A stretch of DNA of 64,000 bases, from assembly GCA_039630055.1 (NCBI GenBank), contig JBCNVN010000001.1, positions 96,001-160,000 of the forward strand, read 5' to 3'. Under the pieces are notes generated by a model that saw only the letters and a program-made list of their open reading frames with translations, had not been told where the DNA came from and ran no database searches. This document shows, piece by piece, positions 18,731 through 28,466 of the stretch. Positions within the stretch are counted from its first letter, which is position 1. Every line of letters begins with the position of its first letter. The translations under genes and the position numbers were made by a program. The stretch is from Candidatus Caldarchaeales archaeon. GTDB lineage: Archaea; Thermoproteota; Nitrososphaeria_A; Caldarchaeales; Wolframiiraptoraceae.

Positions 18731-19339
18731 ATGGTAAAGAAATATGAGCTTCCACCTCTTCCGTATAGCTATAATGCATTAGAACCAGTAATAATAGAAG
18801 AGATAATGAGGCTTCACCACACAAAGCATCATCAAGCATATGTTACGGGGGCCAACACTGCACTAGAGAGATTGGAAAAAAATAGGAAAGGAGAGAACCC
18901 TGAAAATATAAGAGGAATACTAAGAGACTTAAGTTTTAATCTAAGTGGACATAAATTGCATACTGTATTCTGGCATAACATGGCTTCTCCTGGAAAGGGT
19001 GGTGGGAAACCTGGAGGTCGGATAGCCGACCAGATAGAGACAGACTTTGGAGGATTTGATTCATTCAAGAAACAATTCAGTGATGCGGCTAAGAACGTTG
19101 AAGCCGTAGGGTGGGCAGTATTAACATACGACCAAGAGATCGACTCCTTGGTGATATACCAAGTAGAGAAGCAGAACTTTATGCATCCTCCAAACTTGCC
19201 ACTGATTCTAACTTTAGATGTATGGGAGCATGCATACTATCTACAGTATAAGAATGATAGAGCAAGCTATGTTGATAGTTGGTGGCAAGTGGTAAACTGG
19301 GATGATGTAGAGAAGAGATTCAACAAAGTAAAAATTTAA
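18731..19339 (+). CDS. sod: Fe/Mn superoxide dismutase
   Basis: LPPLPY..NALEP, LHH.KHH..YV, GH.LH..FW, DVWEHAYY. Confidence 0.96.
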   Translation: MVKKYELPPLPYSYNALEPVIIEEIMRLHHTKHHQAYVTGANTALERLEKNRKGENPENIRGILRDLSFNLSGHKLHTVFWHNMASPGKGGGKPGGRIADQIETDFGGFDSFKKQFSDAAKNVEAVGWAVLTYDQEIDSLVIYQVEKQNFMHPPNLPLILTLDVWEHAYYLQYKNDRASYVDSWWQVVNWDDVEKRFNKVKI

Positions 19340-19459
19340 TTGGAAAGTCCGCTGTTGGCTCAGCTCACTTGAAATCCACCAGACTTAAACAATTTTTTAT
19401 TAAAGTCTTCCTAAGATTCAATACGTTAAAATTTCTCTCAGATCCGAGATAGATGTTCG

Positions 19460-21508
19460 TCAGCATATAATCTTCTCTAACTCTTCTAGCGTTGTTACAG
19501 GCTTCTTACATGAATAGTTCTCACATACATAGACAGTGGGCTTTCCCTCTACCTCAACCTTGCCAGCCACAACTTGTGATAGCTCTTCAAGCTCTTCTCT
19601 ATTCCAGCTTCCAATACTGATTATCGTTCTAAAAGGCATATATATCTTGTATATAATGTCGAGGAAGGGTTTTACTTCCATCATCTCTCCCACGATAACG
19701 ATCTCTCTTCTTGTTCTAAAGTTAGCGGCCAGGCACTGAAGCATAAATGTATAATCTCCTGGACTCTCAGAGATATCACCATAGAAAGCTTTCAAAGTCT
19801 TCTCAAAAAATTCCCAGTACTTATCTAATCCAGTAATCTCATATAATCTTAGAAGCGTATGAGCTGCCACTGAGTTTCCCGATGGCATTACTCCATCGTG
19901 TGCATCCTTGATTCTCGATATTCCTCCAACATCCTCAATGCTGAAGAAAAATCCATCTTCCTCCCTATCCCAGAAATTGTCGATCATGGAGTCAGTTATC
20001 GTGATAGCTCTACTAAGCAACTGTGGATCAAAAGTTGACTCGAAAAGGTCTAGTAGCCCAAAGACAAAGTAAGAGTAATCTTCTAGACAGCCTTCTGCTC
20101 TAGCTACTCCACTTCTATAATATCTGTACATGCGTCCCTCTCTCCACAGCTTACTGTAGATAAAGTCAGCTGTTCTCTGAGCAGTCCTAAGATATTTTTC
20201 TTCACCGGTGACTTGGTATCCTAAGCTTAGAGCTGAGATCGCCAGCCCATTCCAAGATGCGATTATCTTATCGTCTACTGTAGGCTTCGGCCTCTTTCTT
20301 CTAGCATCCAACAAGATTCGACTACATAGTTCTAGTTTTTCTTCAATATCCTCGATTTTCATAGAGAAGTATGAGGCTAGACTGGATGTATCCATGCTTA
20401 TAGTAGGTATTGAACGGCCATGCTCGAAATTTCCAACATCACTTATTCCAAAGGCTTTACAGAAGATCTCTCCAAGCTCCCGTCCCAAAATATCTAGAAC
20501 CTCTTTCTTTGTCCAGGTATAGAATATTCCCTCACCTTCAGAACTATCTGCATCAACTGCAGAGTAGAATCCTCCTTCAGGACTAAGCATTTCATTTATC
20601 ATCCAGTCTAGAGTAGATATAGCAACCCTCTTCATGAAGGGATTGCCGGATATTTGATATGATTGTAGATATACACGGGATAAGAGGGCGTTGTCGTAAA
20701 GCATTTTCTCGAAGTGGGGTATGGTCCAGAATCTATCTGTTGAGTATCGGTGGAAGCCGCCACCCAGCTGTTCTCTTATACCTCCTTTCGCCATATTCTC
20801 TAAAGTCATCCTAGCCATGTTTAACGCAAGTGAGATATTCTCCAGTTTATAGAACATGTGTAGAAACTCGATGTAGTTTGGCATCGGAAATTTAGGTGCA
20901 GTCCCAAACCCTCCATAAACCTTGTCAAAATTTGAAACAAGAGATTCGAAACCTCGATAAACTACATCATAAGATATCTCATCCTCAACAGATCCTTTAA
21001 TATTCATGCGTTTTAGAATCGATACTATCTGTTCTGCATTTTTCTCAACCTCTTCAGGATTGTTCCTCCAAATCTCTATGATTGACGTCAATATCTCATC
21101 TAACCCTACCATTCCACCTCTCCTCCTAGGTGGAAAGTATGTGCCTCCGAAAAATGGCTTAAGACTAGGTGTCAAGAAAACGTTTAGTGGCCAGCCTCCA
21201 GAACCAGAAATCAACATAACTGCTTTCATGTAGATTTCATCTATGTCAGGTCTCTCTTCTCTATCAACCTTAACGGGGACAAAGTATTCGTTAAGTAACT
21301 TGGCAATATGCTCATCTTCGAATGATTCTTTCTCCATTACATGGCACCAGTGACATGATGCATAGCCTATGCTTAGGAAGATAGGTTTATTCTCTTCTCT
21401 CGCCTTCTTTATTGCCTCTTCACCCCAAGGATACCAGTCGACTGGATTATATGCATGCTGGAGAAGATAAGGGCTGAGCTCTCTAGCTAATCTATTAGGT
21501 TTATTCAC
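19460..21508 (-). CDS. Thioredoxin-domain YyaL/SPATA20-family protein
   Basis: [55 protein letters not shown]. Confidence 0.93.
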   Translation of the reverse strand: MNKPNRLARELSPYLLQHAYNPVDWYPWGEEAIKKAREENKPIFLSIGYASCHWCHVMEKESFEDEHIAKLLNEYFVPVKVDREERPDIDEIYMKAVMLISGSGGWPLNVFLTPSLKPFFGGTYFPPRRRGGMVGLDEILTSIIEIWRNNPEEVEKNAEQIVSILKRMNIKGSVEDEISYDVVYRGFESLVSNFDKVYGGFGTAPKFPMPNYIEFLHMFYKLENISLALNMARMTLENMAKGGIREQLGGGFHRYSTDRFWTIPHFEKMLYDNALLSRVYLQSYQISGNPFMKRVAISTLDWMINEMLSPEGGFYSAVDADSSEGEGIFYTWTKKEVLDILGRELGEIFCKAFGISDVGNFEHGRSIPTISMDTSSLASYFSMKIEDIEEKLELCSRILLDARRKRPKPTVDDKIIASWNGLAISALSLGYQVTGEEKYLRTAQRTADFIYSKLWREGRMYRYYRSGVARAEGCLEDYSYFVFGLLDLFESTFDPQLLSRAITITDSMIDNFWDREEDGFFFSIEDVGGISRIKDAHDGVMPSGNSVAAHTLLRLYEITGLDKYWEFFEKTLKAFYGDISESPGDYTFMLQCLAANFRTRREIVIVGEMMEVKPFLDIIYKIYMPFRTIISIGSWNREELEELSQVVAGKVEVEGKPTVYVCENYSCKKPVTTLEELEKIIC

Positions 21509-21856
21509 GCCCCTCCAAGAACTTAAAGCTGCTAAAGAGGATTCTGCAACTACATATCATTTAGTAGTATGTGTAGGGTTGGTCAACTCTATTAATTATC
21601 TAGGATAAGGTTCTCAGAAGCCTAGAGATGTTTATTATTGATAGGATTCCATGTAAGGCTTAGGTGAGAACTATTTAGAGGCTAAAGATTTCGAAGAAGA
21701 TGGCAGAGATACTCTGATGATAAACCCTACTAAGCTTCTGATTCACTACTGGAATACATGAATAATATTTCCTAAGACTCTAAAAAGATAACAAATATAA
21801 CTCATAATCTAACCCATTCTATAGTAATAGGTTATATCCGGCTCTTCCCTAAAAGA

Positions 21857-22921
21857 TTACTGGTATTGGTCTACCCTTTCAGGCATCTCTGGAGTTGTAG
21901 GATATTTTGGAGGCCACTGTACTGAGCGTCGACTATCTAGAAGTCTAAGATTATCTTCTATCCTCTTTCTCTCAGCCTCGAGCCATGGTGGAAGTATTAG
22001 TTTCGAGCCTAAAGATTCAGGCGGCTCATCTATAGTATATCCAGGCTTTTCGGTAGCTACTTCTAGAAGGTTTCCGAACGGGTCTCTAAAATAAAGAGAC
22101 TTGAACCAGAACCTATCGATTATCCCCGAATGTATTATGCCCATATTATCAAGAATCTTCATTACCTCTCTCTGCTCTTCCTCATCTACAACCTTTACCG
22201 CTATATGATGGATGCTTCCCACACCTAAGAATCCTGATGGAGTATTTGACTTAACAATATATCTGAGAAAACCATATTCTTCTAAGCCGAAGCTTAAAAT
22301 TAAACTTGAAGGGTCGTGAGGATTTCTCCATCGAGCCAAGAGCTTTAGGCCGAATATCTTAGAGAGAAAACGTTCTAGTAGATTAGGATCGGTGGCGAGA
22401 GGAGAGCCATGATCTAAGATCTTCAAGTTCATGTCAGACGATATAGACTTGGCTGAGAACCCCTCAGAGAACATCTCAACTAGATACGCTGAGTCAATCC
22501 CACTCTCTACTTTACATGTTAACTCGAGCAGGACACCATCCGGATCTCTAAAATATATTGAGACCCTATCCTCAAACAAGTATGGTCTAGATACATGTAC
22601 TCCATGAACTTTAAGCCAAGCCGACCACTTCTGTAATGCCTCGATCCGGCTAACAGAGTAAGCCAGATGATGGGGGAATCCTAACCCCACCCTCCCCTCA
22701 TATAGATGGGGCCACTCGAAGAAGGTAACCACCGAGCCGCTCGATCCTCTCTCATCACCATAGAAGATATGTCTATGGAAGATGTCATCCTGGTTTACAG
22801 ATAGTTTGACACGCCTAAGACCGAGGACTTCGGTATAGAATCGTCTGTTAATCTGCTCATTATCGGTGACGAGGGTTATATGGTGAAGTCCCTTAACGAG
22901 GCCTTCAGACATTTCGGCCAT
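21857..22921 (-). CDS. VOC-family ring-cleaving dioxygenase (MhqA/MhqO-like)
   Basis: GLHHIT, FYT.VLGLR.VK.SVNQDD, TFFEWP, GSIHHIA, DRFWFKSLYFRDP, EVATE.PG, LG.KL.LPPWLE. Confidence 0.9.
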   Translation of the reverse strand: MAEMSEGLVKGLHHITLVTDNEQINRRFYTEVLGLRRVKLSVNQDDIFHRHIFYGDERGSSGSVVTFFEWPHLYEGRVGLGFPHHLAYSVSRIEALQKWSAWLKVHGVHVSRPYLFEDRVSIYFRDPDGVLLELTCKVESGIDSAYLVEMFSEGFSAKSISSDMNLKILDHGSPLATDPNLLERFLSKIFGLKLLARWRNPHDPSSLILSFGLEEYGFLRYIVKSNTPSGFLGVGSIHHIAVKVVDEEEQREVMKILDNMGIIHSGIIDRFWFKSLYFRDPFGNLLEVATEKPGYTIDEPPESLGSKLILPPWLEAERKRIEDNLRLLDSRRSVQWPPKYPTTPEMPERVDQYQ

Positions 22922-23153
22922 CTATCTTTCCAAATACCAATCCTGCCTCTTAAATGTAAGCTAATTTGAAATTCTCATGTAGCTCCGAATAATCCATATA
23001 TTATCATATCCTGAAAGACCTATCTATCCATCAAGTATGTACCCTCTCCATGTGAACATGCACTAATATTAAAGAGCTAAAATAAGATTGATATTCTTTT
23101 TCGAGGTAAATAATAAGGATAATCTTAAATCTGGCGTAGAAAAGATAAGTGTA

Positions 23154-23243
23154 GCCCCGGTAGCTCAGCGGGTAGAGCGGCGGCCTCGTATCAATCTAAG
23201 TCAAGAAAGCCGCAGGTCGCGGGTTCAAATCCCGCCCGGGGCT
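23154..23243 (+). tRNA. tRNA-Thr(CGU) with 17-nt intron at 37/38 (23191-23207)
   Basis: GCCCCGG TAGCTCAGCGGGTAGAGC G GCGGC CT CGT A [TCAATCTAAGTCAAGAA] A GCCGC AGGTC GCGGG TTCAAAT CCCGC CCGGGGC T. Confidence 0.93.
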
Positions 23244-23797
23244 TCAAAGACAGTTAACGCCCCCTCCACATTAATATTAGGAAAATTTCCAGTCTTCACA
23301 TCTTATAATATTTTATGCCTCTTCTAGATTTCTCTAAATGTTAAGTTGAGGTCTATCAAAGTATGGTCTTCTTAGATATTATTTATTTTATCATAGTCAA
23401 AGTTTTAGAGGTTCGTTTTATTTAACCTGTAATAAGTGTATAGACATGAACTCTCTGTTTATAGATTATGAAGTTGTCTAAAATAAGAACGGACACCACC
23501 ATCATTATCCTCCAATCTTCGTTAAAATATACGTGAACATTGTTATAGCTGAGATAGGGTCTGCTAGTACATTTCTCCAAGAAGAATTTTTAGATTAAAC
23601 CATGCTATAGTAAAGGAAAGAACTTCAAAATTATGTTTATCATGGAGATCAATGCTGGCATAAACCCTACTTCCTCATTTCAGTCTGCTAAGCTGATCCA
23701 AATACATGATGTATTAGATAAATATCTGATGTATTCCATTACCCAATTAAAAGAATTAAGAAATGTTAATAATTCCCTCTATCAGATTATCTTCTAG

Positions 23798-24163
23798 ATG
23801 AACAGAGTTTTTAAATATAGGAAAAGCTCGATGTTTAACCTACCAGTAGAAGAGTTTGAATATGTTGAAGATTTTGGGAGGCTTATCCGTGAAGCTAGGG
23901 AGAGGATGGGTTTAACACAGGAAGAATTTGCTAAACAATTAAATGAGAAGGTTACTATTATCAAGAAGATTGAAGCTGGTGAGTTTAATCCATCGATCGA
24001 ATTATCTAAGAAGATTGAGAGGTTGCTTAAGATAAAGATACTGGTCCCATCGATCGAAGAAGATCTTGAACAGATCTCAAAATATGTAGAAAAAGGAGAG
24101 AAGCAGAAAAGTGTATCTTTAGGATTATTCTTTAAAAAGATTGATGAAAAATCTAAGAGATAG
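23798..24163 (+). CDS. mbf1: Archaeal multiprotein bridging factor 1 (HTH; no Zn ribbon)
   Basis: VEDFG.LIREARE.MGLTQEE.A..LNEK...IKKIE.G.F.P...L..K.E..L.I.., C-terminal SLG; located upstream of hflX. Confidence 0.82.
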   Translation: MNRVFKYRKSSMFNLPVEEFEYVEDFGRLIREARERMGLTQEEFAKQLNEKVTIIKKIEAGEFNPSIELSKKIERLLKIKILVPSIEEDLEQISKYVEKGEKQKSVSLGLFFKKIDEKSKR

Positions 24164-24228
24164 TATAAATTTATGTAAAGAGTTTTAAAGAAGCTCTAGA
24201 ATTAGTAGGGATGGAAGGTACATAGAGA

Positions 24229-25479
24229 GTGAAGGTTGCAATCGTTCATAGAGTTAACCCGGGAGAAAATGATAATCTAGAAGAACTCAGCGAGCTTTGT
24301 CATACTGCTAACTATGAAGTAGTGTATAGGGTACGGCAAGAGAGACCTCCACATCCAGAATATAATATTGGTCCAGGGAAGGTGGAAGAGCTTAAAAAGG
24401 CTGTTCAAGAGCTGGATATAGAGAAGGTAATATTTGAGAACGAGTTGAAGCCTGTTCAAGAATATAATCTTGCTAAGAAGCTAGGCGTACAGGTAATTAG
24501 TAGAACTCAGCTCATCTTAGAGATATTTACTCTACATGCTAACAGTATCGAGGCTAAACTCCAGATAAAACTAGCAGAATTAAAGTATGAGCTATCTAGA
24601 GCTAAGGAGAAAGTTAGACTGGCGAAGAAGGGAGAGCAGCCTGGATTTCACGGTCTAGGAGCCTACGAAGCAGACGTGTATTATGATGAGATCCATAAGA
24701 GGATAGTTTCAATTAATAGAAAGCTTGAATCAATTAAAAAACATATGGATCTGATAAGGTTTGAGAGGAAGAAGCTAGGTATACCTCTAGTCTCACTATC
24801 TGGATATACCAATGCTGGCAAATCTTCTCTATTCAACCTCTTAGCATCAGAAGATGTTGAAGTAAATTCCCAGCTTTTCACGACTTTAACGCCGACCACG
24901 AGGATCGTGAGATTGGGAGGCAAACCGGTATTCTTATCAGATACTGTAGGATTCATCAGCAATCTTCCAACGCTACTGATAGAGGCATTCTATGCAACTC
25001 TTCGAGAGATTGCTTTATCAGACTTAATATTATTGATGGTCGATATATCTGAACCTCTACCTATAGTAGAGAAGAAGCTTGGAACATCTATTGATGCGTT
25101 AAACAGTATCGGTGCCAATGGTGTCCCAGTCTTAGTTGTCTTTAACAAGATAGACTTGGTAGATGAATCTGAATTAAATAAAAAGATTGAGAGGTTGGGT
25201 CTACCATATCAACATGTAGTGATATCTGCAAAGAATGGCATTAATATCGATAAGCTGGAGAAGACGGCATCAGAGATGTTGAGAGGCTTTATCAAGGTTA
25301 AAGCTACAATCCCCCATGATAGAAGATATATGAAGATAGTTAAAGAATTGTATAGAAAGTCAAAGGTAATGAGTATCGAATACGATGATAGCCATGTGAA
25401 GATAGAGGTGGAGACTACTGTGGATTTAGCGGAAAAGTTGAAGAGATTATCTATCGAAGGAGGATTTAGAGTTGAATGA
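24229..25479 (+). CDS. hflX: GTPase HflX
   Basis: IG.GK..E, LILEIF, EAKLQ..LA.L.Y, GYTNAGKSSLFN, LFTTL.P, DTVGFI, NKID. Confidence 0.95.
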   Translation: MKVAIVHRVNPGENDNLEELSELCHTANYEVVYRVRQERPPHPEYNIGPGKVEELKKAVQELDIEKVIFENELKPVQEYNLAKKLGVQVISRTQLILEIFTLHANSIEAKLQIKLAELKYELSRAKEKVRLAKKGEQPGFHGLGAYEADVYYDEIHKRIVSINRKLESIKKHMDLIRFERKKLGIPLVSLSGYTNAGKSSLFNLLASEDVEVNSQLFTTLTPTTRIVRLGGKPVFLSDTVGFISNLPTLLIEAFYATLREIALSDLILLMVDISEPLPIVEKKLGTSIDALNSIGANGVPVLVVFNKIDLVDESELNKKIERLGLPYQHVVISAKNGINIDKLEKTASEMLRGFIKVKATIPHDRRYMKIVKELYRKSKVMSIEYDDSHVKIEVETTVDLAEKLKRLSIEGGFRVE

Positions 25480-25963
25480 TCAAGATCTTCTAGAAGCTGT
25501 TAGACTTATAGCCGATTACCAGTTCGGCTTTAGAGTAGGATCAAGACTCTTTCCAAATGAGTCTAAAATCCAAGTATCTAAGAAGACTGGTAGACCTAGA
25601 TACATCTTACTTGGAGATAAACTATTAGCAACTGTAAGGAGTAGTGATGGAATGTTGGCTTTAACATTATATGGTGGTGAGAGACTTTCCCATATAATCG
25701 AATGGCCAAGACGTAGGATCATAGTTAAAGACAGTCATCTAGATAAAGTTTTAGAAATGAAGGTTGTAAAGGCAGACTGGGTATCTTATGTAGATGAGAA
25801 CCTGGCTCCAAATGAAGAAGTATTGGTCTACAACTCTTCTAGAAGATTGATAGGTGTTGGGAGAGTAACTACATCTGGTAAAACCATCCTCACTGTTAGC
25901 GGTGGGACGGTCGTAAAGATAAGAGAAGTTGATGAGAAAATAAGACCTGATCCTGTACCCTGA
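25472..25963 (+). CDS. PUA-domain protein (aTGT C-terminal-like)
   Basis: IADYQFG, SKKTGRPR, LATVR..DG.L.LT..G, EEVLV....LIGVG. Confidence 0.8.
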   Translation: MNDQDLLEAVRLIADYQFGFRVGSRLFPNESKIQVSKKTGRPRYILLGDKLLATVRSSDGMLALTLYGGERLSHIIEWPRRRIIVKDSHLDKVLEMKVVKADWVSYVDENLAPNEEVLVYNSSRRLIGVGRVTTSGKTILTVSGGTVVKIREVDEKIRPDPVP

Positions 25964-26086
25964 TATCTTATTCCTTCCATGATATTGAGATAGGCAATAT
26001 ATTATTTTATTTAAAAAATATAGGAAAGAATATTATACGACCTAGAACATAAGACTTAACAGAAGCCAAGTATAGGTGTTAAGGGT

Positions 26087-26467
26087 ATGAAAAAGCTCTC
26101 CCCTCGGCAATTGAGACGGATGCAGGCCCGCATGCTTGGAAACCTTGGATTAGATCTAAAAGAGTTGGGAATAGCTGAAGAAGTGGTTATCAGACTCCAA
26201 GACAAGGAGTTGAAGATTAAGAATCCAACAGTCATGTCCATGAAGATTGAGAATGAGACAGTGTACCAGATCCTAGGAGGAGAGGTTGAAGAAGTCTCAC
26301 CGACTATTGGTAGAGAGGTTGAAGAGGCTTACACTCCATCTGAGGAGGATTTGATGCTCGTGGCAGCCCAGGCTGGAGTAAGTGAGGAGGAAGCTAGGGA
26401 AGCCTTAGTAGAGACTCGTGGAGATCTAGCCAAAGCGATACTATTATTAAAGTCTAGGAAAACCTAG
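26087..26467 (+). CDS. nac: Nascent polypeptide-associated complex protein (aNAC)
   Basis: PRQLRRM...LG, EEVVI, NP.V..M.....YQI.G, UBA-like EED..LVA.QAGVS.EEA..AL....GDLA.AIL.L. Confidence 0.93.
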   Translation: MKKLSPRQLRRMQARMLGNLGLDLKELGIAEEVVIRLQDKELKIKNPTVMSMKIENETVYQILGGEVEEVSPTIGREVEEAYTPSEEDLMLVAAQAGVSEEEAREALVETRGDLAKAILLLKSRKT

Positions 26468-26473
26468 ACGGGC

Positions 26474-28273
26474 TCAATCTTCAAATCTTATAATGAATGG
26501 GTTTCCAGTCTCTGAAAGATATCTAAAAAGTACTATAGCTTCGTCAAGGATCTTTCTCTTTCTAAGATTTTTAACAATAGAGATATATCCTCCATCGATC
26601 TGAGAAGCTATCTCAGATTCTAGACTCGCTCTCTCTTCAATATTCTTAAATTTTTCCATAGGTGGATATACTAGGAAACTATAATCACTGATATCTTTAG
26701 GCTCCTTTAATCCTAGTCTACGATACGTTGATTTAAGCATTCTTCTAGCTGAGGATCTAGCAGTTCGAGAAGATAGGGATATTTTCCCAATTAGACTTGA
26801 ATCTTTCTTCAGTGAGTCTTTAAATATTCTTAAAACCTCATTAATAAAATTGTATGATTCTTTTGAAGCTTGTGGCCCAGCTTCATAGACGGTTCTCGCA
26901 GCATCGAGGACTCCATATAAAGATGAAGTATAGGCGATCTCTCCAAGATATCTTCTACCATATATCTGTTTAAAGAACTTCGTTCTTCTACTTAATGCAG
27001 TGAGACCGTGCATGGTTAACTCTCTAACTCTCCTCATGATGTATTCAATGTCTTTACCTGATACTAGAGCAAGAGATAGTACATTTATAGTAAAGATTGC
27101 ATGAATATCTGAAGGGTTTTCTCTAGGTGGAAGCTTGAAGCCAGAGTATAGTATATCAGGTGAATTAGCGACGGCATATTCGTGGTTAAAATTCTTAAAG
27201 ACTTCGCTGAGCTTCTGAAGGTCTTGATGCTTTAGATTATCTAAGACTACGGTAAACTTTATCTTATCTTCTGATCCATCGATCCTCTTAACAAAATCGA
27301 TCATCTTTTCATAATTTTCCAGTAGATCTTCAATGCTTATAGTTATACTGAAGTATCTCCTCCTTAGTAAACCAGCATGGAACACATGCTTAATCATCTT
27401 AAAAGTATTTTCAAATTCTTCTTTTCCACCAACTCTAATATTTAATTCATGTTTAATATTAATAATATAGCTAGATATATCTGAGATGATCTCTAGAGAT
27501 TCTTCTACATCGCTTGGAGCATGATAGCTTCTAGCTAAGATACAGGTTAGCCAACCCTCTAAAGGATATAGGTCTATCTCTCCTGAAAGATGCATCTCTG
27601 CAATATTTCTTGGGAGTAAGCTTTGTAGACAGTATTCTTTCATAATCGATTCTGAAGATTTTTCAATGAACTCTCTTAGATCTCCTGTATTCGAGATATT
27701 TTTTAAAGTTTTAGAAACATCATATATCGGCATCCCAATCCTTGTTAATCTATGTCTATACTTTTCCAAACCCATATCTAAAAGTATGTTGTTGACAAGC
27801 TCTCTTATGAGAGAAGATGTTAGATACTCTATTTTCAGATCTTTTAACTTCTCTTCAGCTATTGAAGCTATCTCCGAGGCCAATTTTAAACTAATGTTTG
27901 CTTCTCTCACTAGTGATCGAGCTATCTTAGACTTGTCAAACGGTTCTACGAGATTATCACTTCTCCTTACAATCATTAAATCTCTAGACCCTAAAGCTTT
28001 CCTAAGCTCTTCTAGAATTTCTAGCATCGTCAGACCAATCCTTGACAATTTATATTTACCAGAATCTTTATCAACTTCAATTAAACTCACATTTAGCATC
28101 TTCTTTAAATGATATGAAAATTTTCCAGCATCTTTATTCTTCTCTAATCCAAGCGAAGCCATCAACTCTGAGTAACCCATCTCTCTCTTAGATAGAAGCC
28201 TTAAGATCTCTGATCTTGTAGGAGATGCGATAGCGTCCAAGATATTATTGACATCGTTTGCAGTCTTATCCAT
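26474..28273 (-). CDS. Fusion: ArsR-like winged helix + ATP-cone + degenerate class III ribonucleotide reductase (NrdD) body
   Basis: HTH: ASPTRSEILRLL...GKFSYHLKKM. ATP-cone: VRRSD...EPFDKSKI..SL.RE...IRELVN..L. NrdD-like: TRIGMPIYDV, LLPRNIAEMHLSGEI, TINV, ERASLE.EI...DGGYI. No C-terminal Zn site or glycyl-radical motif. Confidence 0.75.
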   Translation of the reverse strand: MDKTANDVNNILDAIASPTRSEILRLLSKREMGYSELMASLGLEKNKDAGKFSYHLKKMLNVSLIEVDKDSGKYKLSRIGLTMLEILEELRKALGSRDLMIVRRSDNLVEPFDKSKIARSLVREANISLKLASEIASIAEEKLKDLKIEYLTSSLIRELVNNILLDMGLEKYRHRLTRIGMPIYDVSKTLKNISNTGDLREFIEKSSESIMKEYCLQSLLPRNIAEMHLSGEIDLYPLEGWLTCILARSYHAPSDVEESLEIISDISSYIINIKHELNIRVGGKEEFENTFKMIKHVFHAGLLRRRYFSITISIEDLLENYEKMIDFVKRIDGSEDKIKFTVVLDNLKHQDLQKLSEVFKNFNHEYAVANSPDILYSGFKLPPRENPSDIHAIFTINVLSLALVSGKDIEYIMRRVRELTMHGLTALSRRTKFFKQIYGRRYLGEIAYTSSLYGVLDAARTVYEAGPQASKESYNFINEVLRIFKDSLKKDSSLIGKISLSSRTARSSARRMLKSTYRRLGLKEPKDISDYSFLVYPPMEKFKNIEERASLESEIASQIDGGYISIVKNLRKRKILDEAIVLFRYLSETGNPFIIRFED

Positions 28274-28466
28274 ATTTCTCCAAGAATAGAATTAGAGTAT
28301 TCGCTCTAAAAAATTTGTACTCATTGTTGTAAAAGATATTATTTCGAGAATCTCAAGATAATTCAAGAATATTCTACCTATGGAAAATTACTAAAGACTA
28401 CAGGATAGATTGTAAGACTATGATACCTTATATATTCTCTATTCTTTATTTACTGAGAGGTCCTAT

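Noticed and set aside
21714-21745. TGATGA...CTGA, possible C/D box sRNA
   Set aside because: Only one C/D pair; no C'/D' boxes or terminal stem, and no guide target can be verified.
23088-23327. 79-aa ORF
   Set aside because: Overlaps tRNA-Thr(CGU); it is a translation of the tRNA sequence.
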